This document shows, piece after piece, positions 49,861 through 59,299 of a DNA stretch of 64,000 bases. A program made the position numbers and the translations under genes. The number at the start of each line of letters is the position of its first letter. Position 1 is the stretch's first letter. The notes under the pieces were generated by a model. The model did no database searches, was not told the origin of the DNA, and was given only the letters and a program-made list of their open reading frames with translations. The DNA comes from an uncultured virus (IMG/VR IMGVR_UViG_3300027418_000007) (Duplodnaviria; Heunggongvirae; Uroviricota; Caudoviricetes): IMG/VR virus record IMGVR_UViG_3300027418_000007; one strand, given 5' to 3'.

Positions 49861-49942
49861 GCCCCCTTGGCGTAATTGGTAGCCGCTACGGATTTAAAAT
49901 CCGTTGACTTTAGTCGTGCCGGATCGTACCCGGCAGGGGGTA
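49861..49942 (+). tRNA. tRNA-Leu (anticodon UAA)
   Basis: GCCCCCT/AGGGGGT, ACGGA-TT TAA AA-TCCGT, long variable arm GAC-TTTA-GTC, GCCGG/CCGGC. Confidence 0.9.
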
Positions 49943-49974
49943 TTGAAATAAATATAAGATATTGAGATACTCAA

Positions 49975-50283
49975 ATGTCTTTCAAGTATAAAATAAGTCA
50001 GTCATACTGTTGGTATAATAACGGAAGTATGATTGTGAAAATGTACTTCATCAACGAGATTCCATTTACCTTCGATGAATTACCTGACGGGCACTTATAC
50101 GACCAAGACCTCTGTAGAACGGCAGATAAGTATCGTGCATATGAACCAGATGATTTATTTAAGAACTCATTCTATCTTATAGACGAGGAAGCACACCCAT
50201 TACTTTTTGATATGGACCTAGAAAACCCCCAAGACCTTCCAGATGAAGGTTATGAGTTTTTGCGGCAGGACTTATCTTCATAA
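49975..50283 (+). CDS. Conserved cyanophage hypothetical protein
   Basis: YCWY....IVKMYFIN.IPFTFDEL...S.YLI.EE.HP; AATAAATA upstream. Confidence 0.7.
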   Translation: MSFKYKISQSYCWYNNGSMIVKMYFINEIPFTFDELPDGHLYDQDLCRTADKYRAYEPDDLFKNSFYLIDEEAHPLLFDMDLENPQDLPDEGYEFLRQDLSS

Positions 50284-50320
50284 ATAATGGTGCTTATTCG
50301 TGGTTGTTTAGGCAAAGATT

Positions 50321-50345
50321 AAGGGGCAGAAATGCTCCTTTTCTT
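50321..50345 (+). terminator. Intrinsic terminator
   Basis: AAGGGGCA-GAAA-TGCTCCTT followed by TTCTT. Confidence 0.75.
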
Positions 50346-50346
50346 G

Positions 50347-50354
50347 TATAAATA
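50347..50354 (+). promoter_or_regulatory. T4-type late promoter (TATAAATA)
   Basis: Exact consensus 24 nt before the endonuclease ATG. Confidence 0.8.
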
Positions 50355-50377
50355 AGTATAACCACGAATAAAGTAGA

Positions 50378-50923
50378 ATGAATAATTATTACACTTATGC
50401 ATATTTGCGTGAAGATGGAACACCATATTATATCGGTAAAGGTAAAGCAGGTAGAATTAATAATACCTTACACACTATTCATCTTCCAGTAAAAGAAGAA
50501 AGAAGAATATTCTTAAAGAAAAATCTTACCGATGAAGAAGCAAGGAAGCACGAGATTTATATGATTGCTGTTTTAGGTAGAAAAGATTTAGGAACAGGAA
50601 TTTTAAGAAATATGACCGATGGTGGGGAAGGTTGTGCCGGTCGTGTTTTAAGTGAAGAAACAAAAAAGAAGTTGAGTGATAGTCATAAAGGAAGAAAGAA
50701 AAGTGAGGCACACCGAAAAGCATTAAGTGAGGCGGCGAAGAAAAGAAAAGCAAGTGAAGAAACAAGAGAAAAAATGAGTAAAGTTTTTATGGGAGAAAAT
50801 AATCCGTCTTTTGGGAAAAAGTGGTGGAATAATGGTGTAGAAAATAAACTCTGTAAAGAATGTCCCGGTGAAGAATATGTTTTAGGATTTCTGAACAAGT
50901 ATTGGATGAATAAACATAAATAA
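50378..50923 (+). mobile_element. Free-standing GIY-YIG-family homing endonuclease with NUMOD3-like repeats
   Basis: YTYAYLREDGTPYYIGKG..R, E..MI, LRN.TDGGEG and SEETKKKLS repeats. Confidence 0.85.
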
Positions 50924-50950
50924 AACATATTAGGTATATTAGTAATAAAT

Positions 50951-53900
50951 ATGGGATTAAACAAACTTGATAATTTTATAAAGAACACAGAAGGTCGCAT
51001 TCTTTATGTTTCTCCAAGTGACCTTGATTCTACTGATAGTATTAGTAATCAGGGTAATTCACTTGCTCAACCCTTCAAGACGCTACAGAGAGCACTTCTA
51101 GAAGCAGCAAGATTTTCCTATCAGAGAGGAAATAGTAATGATGATGTAGAGAAGACTACAATTCTCTTAATGCCAGGAGCACATACGGTTGATAACAGAC
51201 CTGGTTTTTCTATAAAAACTGTTGGTACTACTGCAACAGTAACATCTCCAAGTGGGGCAACATCTGCGGCATCAAATACCTTATCACTTACACTCAATTC
51301 AGTATTTGACCTCACACAAGACGATAATATTCTTTATAAGTTCAATAGTGTTAATGGTGGTGTTGTTGTACCCAGAGGAACCTCAATCGTTGGTCTAGAT
51401 TTAAGAAAGACTAAGATTCGTCCAAAATATGTTCCGAACCCAACAGATTCTTCTGTTCCAAACTCGGCAATTTTTAGAATTACCGGTGCCTGCTATTTCT
51501 GGCAGTTCTGTATCTTTGACGGCAGTACAGAAGGTACGGTATATACTGACCCAACAGATTTTTCCGTCAATAACAAATCAATCCCAACATTCTCCCACCA
51601 CAAACTCACATGCTTTGAGTATGCAGATGGAGTAAATCTATATGAAGATACAGGTCTTACTGACTTGGATATGTATTATGCGAAACTCTCTAATGCATTT
51701 AATCTTGCATCTGGTAGAGACATCGATCAAAAGTATCCTGCCGATCCTCTTGGTTTTGAGAAGCAGAGGCCAGAATGGGAGATTGTAGGTGCTTTTGCCG
51801 CAGATCCTATTAAGATTTCTACAATTGAGTCTGGGTCTGGTGGAACCGCAAGTAGTCAGGTTACGGTCAAAACTTTAGTACCTCACGAACTCTCGGCAGG
51901 AACTCCAATTAAGATTAGTGGAGTTTCTCCGGAAAACTATAATATCTCAACAAAAGTTCAGAGTATTAGTGATACGGACCCAACTGTCTTTACATATCTT
52001 CTTCCAAATTTCCCACTCAATCTAACAACACCAGGAAGTGCATCTAGTGCATTTGTAACAATTGAGACTGATACCGTATCCGGAGCATCTCCATATATCT
52101 TTAATATTTCATTGCGTTCCGTTTATGGTATGAATGGAATGCTTGCCGATGGTAGTAAGGCATCGGGTTTTCGTTCGATGGTTGTTGCACAATTTACTGG
52201 CGTATCTCTACAAAAAGATGACCGTGCATTTGTAAGATATAATCCAACAAATAGAGATTATTCTGACAATATTGCCATCTCCAGAGTTGCCGGAGCAACT
52301 TTATCTGGTAATTCTTCTTCTACCAGCATAGCATATCATCTAGAACCACTATCAATTTATAGAAGTGGATGGGAATCAAGTCACATTAAAGCAACAAATG
52401 ATGCCTTTATTCAGATTGTTTCCGTATTTGCAATTGGTTTTAATAAGCACTTTGATTCTGAAAGTGGTGGAGACCTGAGTATCACTAACTCAAACTCCAA
52501 CTTCGGGCAGATTTCACTTACTTCTTCTGGATTTAAGAAAGAAGCATTTGATAAGGACAATAAAGCATTCATCACCTCAATTATTGCTCCAAGAGCAATT
52601 GTAGGAGAAGAAGATAATATTGATTGGATTTCATTAGATGTTGCCAAGATTGATGCACCGAGTAGTAATAACGCCAGACTATATCTATTTGGATTTACTT
52701 CTGAAGATGATGTACCACCAGTACTCACTCAGGGATATAGAATTGGTGCAAAAGTAGGTGATAAACTATATTTTACTGCAAACGGGACAGAATACTCGGC
52801 AAATATTTTAATGTCCGATGGAGTCACAAGTTCTGTTAAAGAATATTCAGTAACTGGCATCCCATCATCAAATAAATTTACAATTGGATCTCATAATATT
52901 CAGACTGGTGAAAAAGTTATTATTCTGAGTGATGATGGTGATTTGCCAGAAAATATTGTAGAAAATACAGTTTATTATGCAATTGCAAGTGATGTTGACG
53001 GTAGTTTAACTGCAAATGAAATTAAACTTGCTTCTTCACAATCGGCAGCAGTCAGTGCAAATGCAATTAGCGTTTATAAAGGAACTGGTCTAAGAATTCT
53101 GAGTCGGGTATCAGATAAGGTTGCCGGAGATGTCGGGCACCCAGTACAATATGATGGTACTCAGTGGTATATTACCACAAATGCTAATAGTGGCATTTAT
53201 ACGGCAATCAATTCATTGGGTGTTGCGGGATTAACAGAAAGAACCGAACCTTCTTATGTAAAGAGAACTGAAGATACCAGAAGTTTGGATGAAAAACTTT
53301 ATAAGATTAGAGTTGTAATTCCAAAAGAACTTGTGGGTGCCAAAAACCCAGAGGATGGATTTGTAATTCAAGAATCAAGTTTTACTGGAATTAGATCGGA
53401 TACTGACATTAATTTATCATCTCTTTCAACATCAGACTATGAGTATAACAGAAATCCAAGATTTATTAGTACTTGCTCTTTCAATGAATCTACCAAAATT
53501 GTAACTGTTACTTCTGAACTTCCACACAATCTTCAAGTTGGTGATAGTATTATTATCAAGAATGTAACGGACAGCACCAACCCTGCTGGAGTTGGAAATT
53601 CTGGATATAATGGAACCGTTGGGGTTTCATCAGTTTTTGATGATATGACCTTTAGATATTCTGTAGGAATAACTACTTTAGGATCATTCACAAATGTAAC
53701 CTCCAACAGAACAACCTCACTTCCAAGATTTGAGAGAAATGACTTACAAGCAAATCTTTACAATTATAGAAGCGAAGTAATCACTCCATACATTAGTGGT
53801 ATTCAGGATGGTGTTTATCACATCTATACTTTAAGTGCCGATAAGGCAATTCCAACAGAGTTCACAAATATTAAGTATAGTCAGAATGTTGTTGATTTAT

Positions 53901-56581
53901 ATCCACAGTTAGACAGAGATAATATTAATGATAATCCACTTCCTTCCAAGTCATTTGCCAAAAGGTCTCCTCTTGGTGAAGTTGTAACAAATGACCTCAA
54001 AAAGAGTATTACAAAAGAATCTACCGACACTTTACTCACAAGTTTAGGAGTTGGTCTTGATGTTTCCTCTGTTTCTAATCCTACAACAACTTCACCAACA
54101 ATTACCTTTGCAAGAAGGCACGGTCTTGCCGGTATTGTTACTGGAACCATAACTCCAAATGGTGGTACTCTTTATACTGATGGAACATATCAAAACCTCA
54201 AACTTCTCAATACTTCTCAAACTGGAACCTGGCAGGGAGCAACGGCAAGAGTTGTTGTATCTGGTGGTGGAGTTGATTCTGTAGATGTTGTTTCTTCTGG
54301 TTCTGGTTATTCTGCTGGCAATCTATTCTTTGATGCCTCTGTGATTGGTAATGGTAGTAATAATACAAGATACACTATTGCAACATCAGGAATCACTACG
54401 GCAGTTGGTAATGTAGTTCAATTTACTGGTGCCGGAACAACTTCTGACACCTATCATCGTATTACGGCAGTTTCTGCCGATAATCAAATTTCAATTGCCA
54501 GGACTTCAGGAGACCCTGTAATTACATCAAATCAATATGCTTATGTTGTTGGACCTTCAGTTCAGATTACAACCACCAGTTATTCTTCTGGTATAAGTAC
54601 CTTTAATTGTTCTGGACCTCACGGATTAGTTGCCGGTAATAAGTTTAGAGTAATTGATTCTTCAAATAATAATAGAGGAGATTATATTGTAAAAGATAGA
54701 GTTGACATTGATACATTTACGGCACTTACACCTACCATAAGTGTGAATGGTGGATATGTCCTCAAGCACGGTCTTTCTACAAATGATTCAAGTTCTGATT
54801 CTACCGCAGAAAATCTAGGAATCAGAAGTATTCCATTATTTGATAAAGAAACACTTGTTGCTGCTAGTGCAATTACTAACACTACTTCTACAATTACAGT
54901 ATCAAGTTCTGTAGGTGCAGCAGCAATCACGAAGAGATTCCCACTCGGTTCTTATATTCAGATTGATGAAGAGATTATGAGAGTTGCTGGATTCCCTGTG
55001 GGTGGTACTTTTACAGTGATTCGTGGTGCTCTTGCCACAAGACAAGTATCTCACGATAGTGGTTCACTGATCAGAAAGATTAAACCAATCTCAATTGAAT
55101 TTAGAAGACCTTCAATTGTCAGAGCATCTGGGCATACTTTTGAGTATCTTGGATATGGTCCAGGAAACTACTCAACTGGATTGCCTCAGGTTCAGAGCGT
55201 AACTTTGACAGAAAGAGAAGAGTTCTTAGTACAATCCCAAGAAAGGTCCGGTGGTATTGTTGTTTATACTGGTATGAACAATAATGGAGACTCTTTTATT
55301 GGTAATCGTAAGACATCTTCATCAACTGGTGAGGAAGTTACATTTGATAATCCAATTCCAACAATTACTGGTGAAGACCCATCTAGATTGAGTGCCGTAT
55401 TTGATGAGGTAACGGTTAAGGAAAGACTTGTTGTTGAAGGAGGTAATTCTGGTACTGTTCTTTCTCAGTTTGATGGACCTGTTACATTCAATAAAGAAGT
55501 TAAGTTTGCTGGTGCAGTAAATGCTAAGTCACAATTAAAAGTAAGTGCCGATACCCAGTCCACAACTACGGCAAACGGAGCACTAGTTATATCTGGTGGT
55601 GTTGGTATTGCCAAGAACCTGAATGTTGGTGGAAATTTAAATGTTGCTGGTAGTATAATTGCTAATATAACGGGCAATACAACCGGTAATGTAACTGGTA
55701 ATGTAACTGGTGATCTTACTGGTACTGCAACTAATGCAAATAACATAAACATTTCAGCAACTACATCAACAGATACATCAACTTCGGTAGTATTAGTCGC
55801 AAATCAATCAACTGGTAATCAAAGTCCGTTTATTGATTCTGGATTGAGTTATAATGCTGATACTAATGCTTTAACGGCATCTACATTTGTTGGTGCTTTA
55901 AGTGGTACTGCTAGTTCTGCAACTCAACTACAAACCTCAAGGACCTTTAGTATTACTGGAGTTGTTGATGCTCCCGCAGTTTCTTTTAATGGAACTGGCA
56001 ATGTTGAATTAGTTACTACTTTGGATGATAATTCGGTAACATCTGGAAAGATTGTTGCTAATGCAGTAACTACTGCAAAAATAGATTTCCAAAATGCATT
56101 AGTTCCTATTGGTGGAATTATTATGTGGTCTGGAATTGCGGTTCCAACAGGATGGTCATTATGTAATGGAAGTAATGGAACTCCAAACCTAAGAAATAGA
56201 TTTATTGTTGCTGCAGATAGTCTTACTAAGACTGGAACTACATCTCAAGCTGGAACCTCTCCATATGATCCTGGAGATATTGGGGGTAGTGCTGATGCAA
56301 CTTTAGTATCTCACAGTCATACTGCAACTTCAGATGTTAATGATCCTGGACATACTCACACACTTGATACGAGAGATTCCACTGCAAATGAGGGAACCGG
56401 TCAAGGAGCAAATCAAGAATTTGCTGGGTGGGATGGTGGTCCCGATAGGGGAGCAGTAGTGACACAATCCAAGGTAACTCTCATCACAGTTGCGACAACA
56501 ATTGATCCTTTCGGGGATCCTGCAACAAATGCAAACCTCCCACCATATTATGCTCTTGCATTTATTATGAGAACTTCATAA
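50951..56581 (+). CDS. Large virion structural protein with a C-terminal tail-collar domain
   Basis: 1876 aa; LYV...D......G.S...PFKTLQRA N-terminus; PIGGIIMWSG..VP.GW.LC.G..GTPNLR.RF collar; ends NLPPYYALAFIMR. Confidence 0.8.
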   Translation: MGLNKLDNFIKNTEGRILYVSPSDLDSTDSISNQGNSLAQPFKTLQRALLEAARFSYQRGNSNDDVEKTTILLMPGAHTVDNRPGFSIKTVGTTATVTSPSGATSAASNTLSLTLNSVFDLTQDDNILYKFNSVNGGVVVPRGTSIVGLDLRKTKIRPKYVPNPTDSSVPNSAIFRITGACYFWQFCIFDGSTEGTVYTDPTDFSVNNKSIPTFSHHKLTCFEYADGVNLYEDTGLTDLDMYYAKLSNAFNLASGRDIDQKYPADPLGFEKQRPEWEIVGAFAADPIKISTIESGSGGTASSQVTVKTLVPHELSAGTPIKISGVSPENYNISTKVQSISDTDPTVFTYLLPNFPLNLTTPGSASSAFVTIETDTVSGASPYIFNISLRSVYGMNGMLADGSKASGFRSMVVAQFTGVSLQKDDRAFVRYNPTNRDYSDNIAISRVAGATLSGNSSSTSIAYHLEPLSIYRSGWESSHIKATNDAFIQIVSVFAIGFNKHFDSESGGDLSITNSNSNFGQISLTSSGFKKEAFDKDNKAFITSIIAPRAIVGEEDNIDWISLDVAKIDAPSSNNARLYLFGFTSEDDVPPVLTQGYRIGAKVGDKLYFTANGTEYSANILMSDGVTSSVKEYSVTGIPSSNKFTIGSHNIQTGEKVIILSDDGDLPENIVENTVYYAIASDVDGSLTANEIKLASSQSAAVSANAISVYKGTGLRILSRVSDKVAGDVGHPVQYDGTQWYITTNANSGIYTAINSLGVAGLTERTEPSYVKRTEDTRSLDEKLYKIRVVIPKELVGAKNPEDGFVIQESSFTGIRSDTDINLSSLSTSDYEYNRNPRFISTCSFNESTKIVTVTSELPHNLQVGDSIIIKNVTDSTNPAGVGNSGYNGTVGVSSVFDDMTFRYSVGITTLGSFTNVTSNRTTSLPRFERNDLQANLYNYRSEVITPYISGIQDGVYHIYTLSADKAIPTEFTNIKYSQNVVDLYPQLDRDNINDNPLPSKSFAKRSPLGEVVTNDLKKSITKESTDTLLTSLGVGLDVSSVSNPTTTSPTITFARRHGLAGIVTGTITPNGGTLYTDGTYQNLKLLNTSQTGTWQGATARVVVSGGGVDSVDVVSSGSGYSAGNLFFDASVIGNGSNNTRYTIATSGITTAVGNVVQFTGAGTTSDTYHRITAVSADNQISIARTSGDPVITSNQYAYVVGPSVQITTTSYSSGISTFNCSGPHGLVAGNKFRVIDSSNNNRGDYIVKDRVDIDTFTALTPTISVNGGYVLKHGLSTNDSSSDSTAENLGIRSIPLFDKETLVAASAITNTTSTITVSSSVGAAAITKRFPLGSYIQIDEEIMRVAGFPVGGTFTVIRGALATRQVSHDSGSLIRKIKPISIEFRRPSIVRASGHTFEYLGYGPGNYSTGLPQVQSVTLTEREEFLVQSQERSGGIVVYTGMNNNGDSFIGNRKTSSSTGEEVTFDNPIPTITGEDPSRLSAVFDEVTVKERLVVEGGNSGTVLSQFDGPVTFNKEVKFAGAVNAKSQLKVSADTQSTTTANGALVISGGVGIAKNLNVGGNLNVAGSIIANITGNTTGNVTGNVTGDLTGTATNANNINISATTSTDTSTSVVLVANQSTGNQSPFIDSGLSYNADTNALTASTFVGALSGTASSATQLQTSRTFSITGVVDAPAVSFNGTGNVELVTTLDDNSVTSGKIVANAVTTAKIDFQNALVPIGGIIMWSGIAVPTGWSLCNGSNGTPNLRNRFIVAADSLTKTGTTSQAGTSPYDPGDIGGSADATLVSHSHTATSDVNDPGHTHTLDTRDSTANEGTGQGANQEFAGWDGGPDRGAVVTQSKVTLITVATTIDPFGDPATNANLPPYYALAFIMRTS

Positions 56582-56601
56582 ATACTTAAAAAGTCTCCAA
56601 G

Positions 56602-58554
56602 ATGGCAAATTATAACAAATCATTTAATTTTAGAAATGGAGTTCAGGTCGATGATGACAACTTTATTGTAAATGCAAATGGTTTGGTTGGAATCGGAACA
56701 TCAATTCCTACAGAGTTTCTGGATGTTTACGGAACCGCAAAGGTTACCGGATTAGTCACGGCAACGAATCTGACAATCACCGGAGTTTCCACTTTTTATA
56801 GTGATGTAAGAGTTGGTTCTGGAATTACGATGTATGCCTCTACAGGAATCGTAAGTGCCACGGCATTTTATGGAAGTGCCGTTGGACTAACTAGCATTTA
56901 TGCAATTGCAGTTGATGGATGGATTGTTAATGCCGGAAACCTCTCTACAACATCTAAAGTAGGTATAGGAACCACACTTCCATACCATTCATTACAGGTA
57001 GGTCAGAACCCTCTAACTGGGAATGGATTTTCGGTTGATGCCATCACAGGAAATGTAAATACAACTGGAATTATAACGGCACCTAGTTTTGTTGGAAACT
57101 TAACAGGAAATGTACTAGGAAATATAAATTCTAGTGGTGTTTCAACTTTTTCCACACTTCAAGTAGGAACCGGAGTCACTATTAGTGGTGGTATTGTAAA
57201 TTCTAATAGTTTTGTCGGAAACCTAACAGGAAATATAAATTCTAGTGGTATTTCAACTTTCTCCACACTTAAAGTAGGAACCGGTGTTACAATTAGTGGT
57301 GGTATTGTTACTGCAACCTCATTTAGTGGACCTTTGACCGGTACTGTAACTGGCAATCTAACTGGAACAGCAACGACGGCATCAACACTTCCTTCTTCGG
57401 CAACTATATCAATTACTTCGGTAAATAGTGGATTTAGTTCAACAGGAATTGCAACAATAACTGATACTCTTTATGTAACTGGTAAAATTAAAGTAGGAAC
57501 TGCCACGGCACCAGAGGCAGACATAGAAGTTAATAAGTCTGGTATTTCATCGATAAGAGTAATTAGTAGTAATAATGATATTGCAAGTATTGGTATTGGA
57601 AGAAGTGCAGAAATAAGAACCGGAAATGTCAATAATTTATATCCATATAGCACTAGAAACTCTCTTGATATTATAAACTATAATGCTGAAAATGTCAACT
57701 ATTATCTTGATTATGGTTCGGCAGGGGTAGGAACTGGTAATTTTAATTGGATTTATGGGCAGAGTCCATCAAGTCCATTAATGTCACTCACCTATGGTGG
57801 AAATCTAGGATTAGGTATTACCAACCCACAATCAAAACTTCATGTGGTGGGAACATCCTATATTACTGGCATTACAACAATTGATAGTAATTTAGATGTT
57901 AATCAAAATTTATATGTTTATGGAAATATAACATTTAATGGGTATATAACTGGCAATCTTGGAATCACAACTTTTTCTAGACTAGGTATTTCTACAAGCA
58001 CAATTTCAACTAATTCTTATGAATTCTTTGTTGGTGGTGATCCGGTATTTGGTGAAGGAGTTTCAATAACTAAGACTAGTATTAGAGCATCAGGAAATAT
58101 TAGATCAACAAGTATAACCAGTACGAACATTAATAATAGTGGTATTATAACTTCTACTTTAGGTTTTGTTGGTCCTCTAACTGGAAATGTAACTGGAAAT
58201 GTAACTGGAAATGTAACTGGGACAGCAACAACTGCTTATGGAGCATACAACCTTAATGGATCTCCCGATATTATAGTATCTTCTGTTGGTATCGGCACTA
58301 CAACCTCCACAGGAACAGCATCACAAACACTTCAAGTTACTGGTGGTGCTTATGTTTCTGGTTCTGTCGGCATAGGAATTACAAATCCAAAAGGTGTTTT
58401 AGATTTAGTTTCTACAACACAACCATTATATCTTCCAAGAATGACAACAGCACAAAGAAATTTAATTGTTGGTATTTCTAGTGGTGCAGTTATCTTTAAT
58501 ACAAGTATCAATGAGTTTCAGGGATATACGGGAACTAATTGGGTGACATTATAA
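56602..58554 (+). CDS. Tail-fibre-like structural protein
   Basis: VGIGT..P and G.LTGNVTG repeats, LPRMTT.QR C-terminal motif; CATAAATA at 56577. Confidence 0.75.
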   Translation: MANYNKSFNFRNGVQVDDDNFIVNANGLVGIGTSIPTEFLDVYGTAKVTGLVTATNLTITGVSTFYSDVRVGSGITMYASTGIVSATAFYGSAVGLTSIYAIAVDGWIVNAGNLSTTSKVGIGTTLPYHSLQVGQNPLTGNGFSVDAITGNVNTTGIITAPSFVGNLTGNVLGNINSSGVSTFSTLQVGTGVTISGGIVNSNSFVGNLTGNINSSGISTFSTLKVGTGVTISGGIVTATSFSGPLTGTVTGNLTGTATTASTLPSSATISITSVNSGFSSTGIATITDTLYVTGKIKVGTATAPEADIEVNKSGISSIRVISSNNDIASIGIGRSAEIRTGNVNNLYPYSTRNSLDIINYNAENVNYYLDYGSAGVGTGNFNWIYGQSPSSPLMSLTYGGNLGLGITNPQSKLHVVGTSYITGITTIDSNLDVNQNLYVYGNITFNGYITGNLGITTFSRLGISTSTISTNSYEFFVGGDPVFGEGVSITKTSIRASGNIRSTSITSTNINNSGIITSTLGFVGPLTGNVTGNVTGNVTGTATTAYGAYNLNGSPDIIVSSVGIGTTTSTGTASQTLQVTGGAYVSGSVGIGITNPKGVLDLVSTTQPLYLPRMTTAQRNLIVGISSGAVIFNTSINEFQGYTGTNWVTL

Positions 58555-58645
58555 GGAGGGGCTTGACAGAATACTCATAATACTGCTAGACTAGGTTTGT
58601 CCCCGTTGAAGATGAGACTTTAATCCACTTAAAGAACCGTCCACT

Positions 58646-58671
58646 GGGGGTCTTCACAGGACCCCTTTTTT
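58646..58671 (+). terminator. Intrinsic terminator overlapping a promoter -35
   Basis: GGGGTC-TTCACAG-GACCCC-T6; TTCACA(58653)-N17-TATAAT(58676). Confidence 0.75.
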
Positions 58672-58715
58672 GTTGTATAATTATATAAATAATAATATGG
58701 TAGGTTTCGCCACTT

Positions 58716-59258
58716 ATGTATTATACTTACGCATATCTAAGAGAAGATAAGACTCCATATTATATTGGTAGAGGAAAACATCATTCTGGATACAAATATC
58801 ATAGAATGACTCAAAAACATACTTGCGGTATACCTCCACAAGAAAGAAGATTAATCTTAAAAGATAATCTATCAAAAGAGCAAGCAATCAAACACGAAGA
58901 ATATATGATTGACTTGTTTGGTTTAGTTTGGGATGAAACTGGGGTATTAAGAAATCACGTTAGAGATAGTCGTGGTGGTAGTTGCAAAGGTAGAAAGCTT
59001 TCAGAGGAAACTAAACAAAAAATATCTGCTGCTATGAAAAATAAATGGCAAAGTGGTCTTTATGATACTGATGAATATAGAAATAAAATATCAGAAAGTA
59101 ATAGAAAAAATCCAAGAGTCAAACAACATAGTGAAGAAACAAAAGAAAAACAAAAAAAGGCAAGCACCGGAAGACCTCAAAGCGAAGAGACTAAGCAAAA
59201 AAGGTCTGAAAGTATAAAAAGGTGGTGGACAGAAAAAAAACTGGCACAAGACCCTTGA
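58716..59258 (+). mobile_element. Free-standing GIY-YIG-family homing endonuclease with NUMOD3-like repeats
   Basis: YYTYAYLREDKTPYYIGRG; paralogue of 50378-50923; TATAAATA at 58684. Confidence 0.82.
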
Positions 59259-59299
59259 GTTTTGCCAGAAAGTGCCTTATAATATGAGTATTGAATTGA

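Noticed and set aside
33396..59258. Group I introns or inteins hosting the three endonucleases
   Set aside because: Flanking genes look intact, each endonuclease is intergenic with its own late promoter, and no intron core or intein motifs were recognised.
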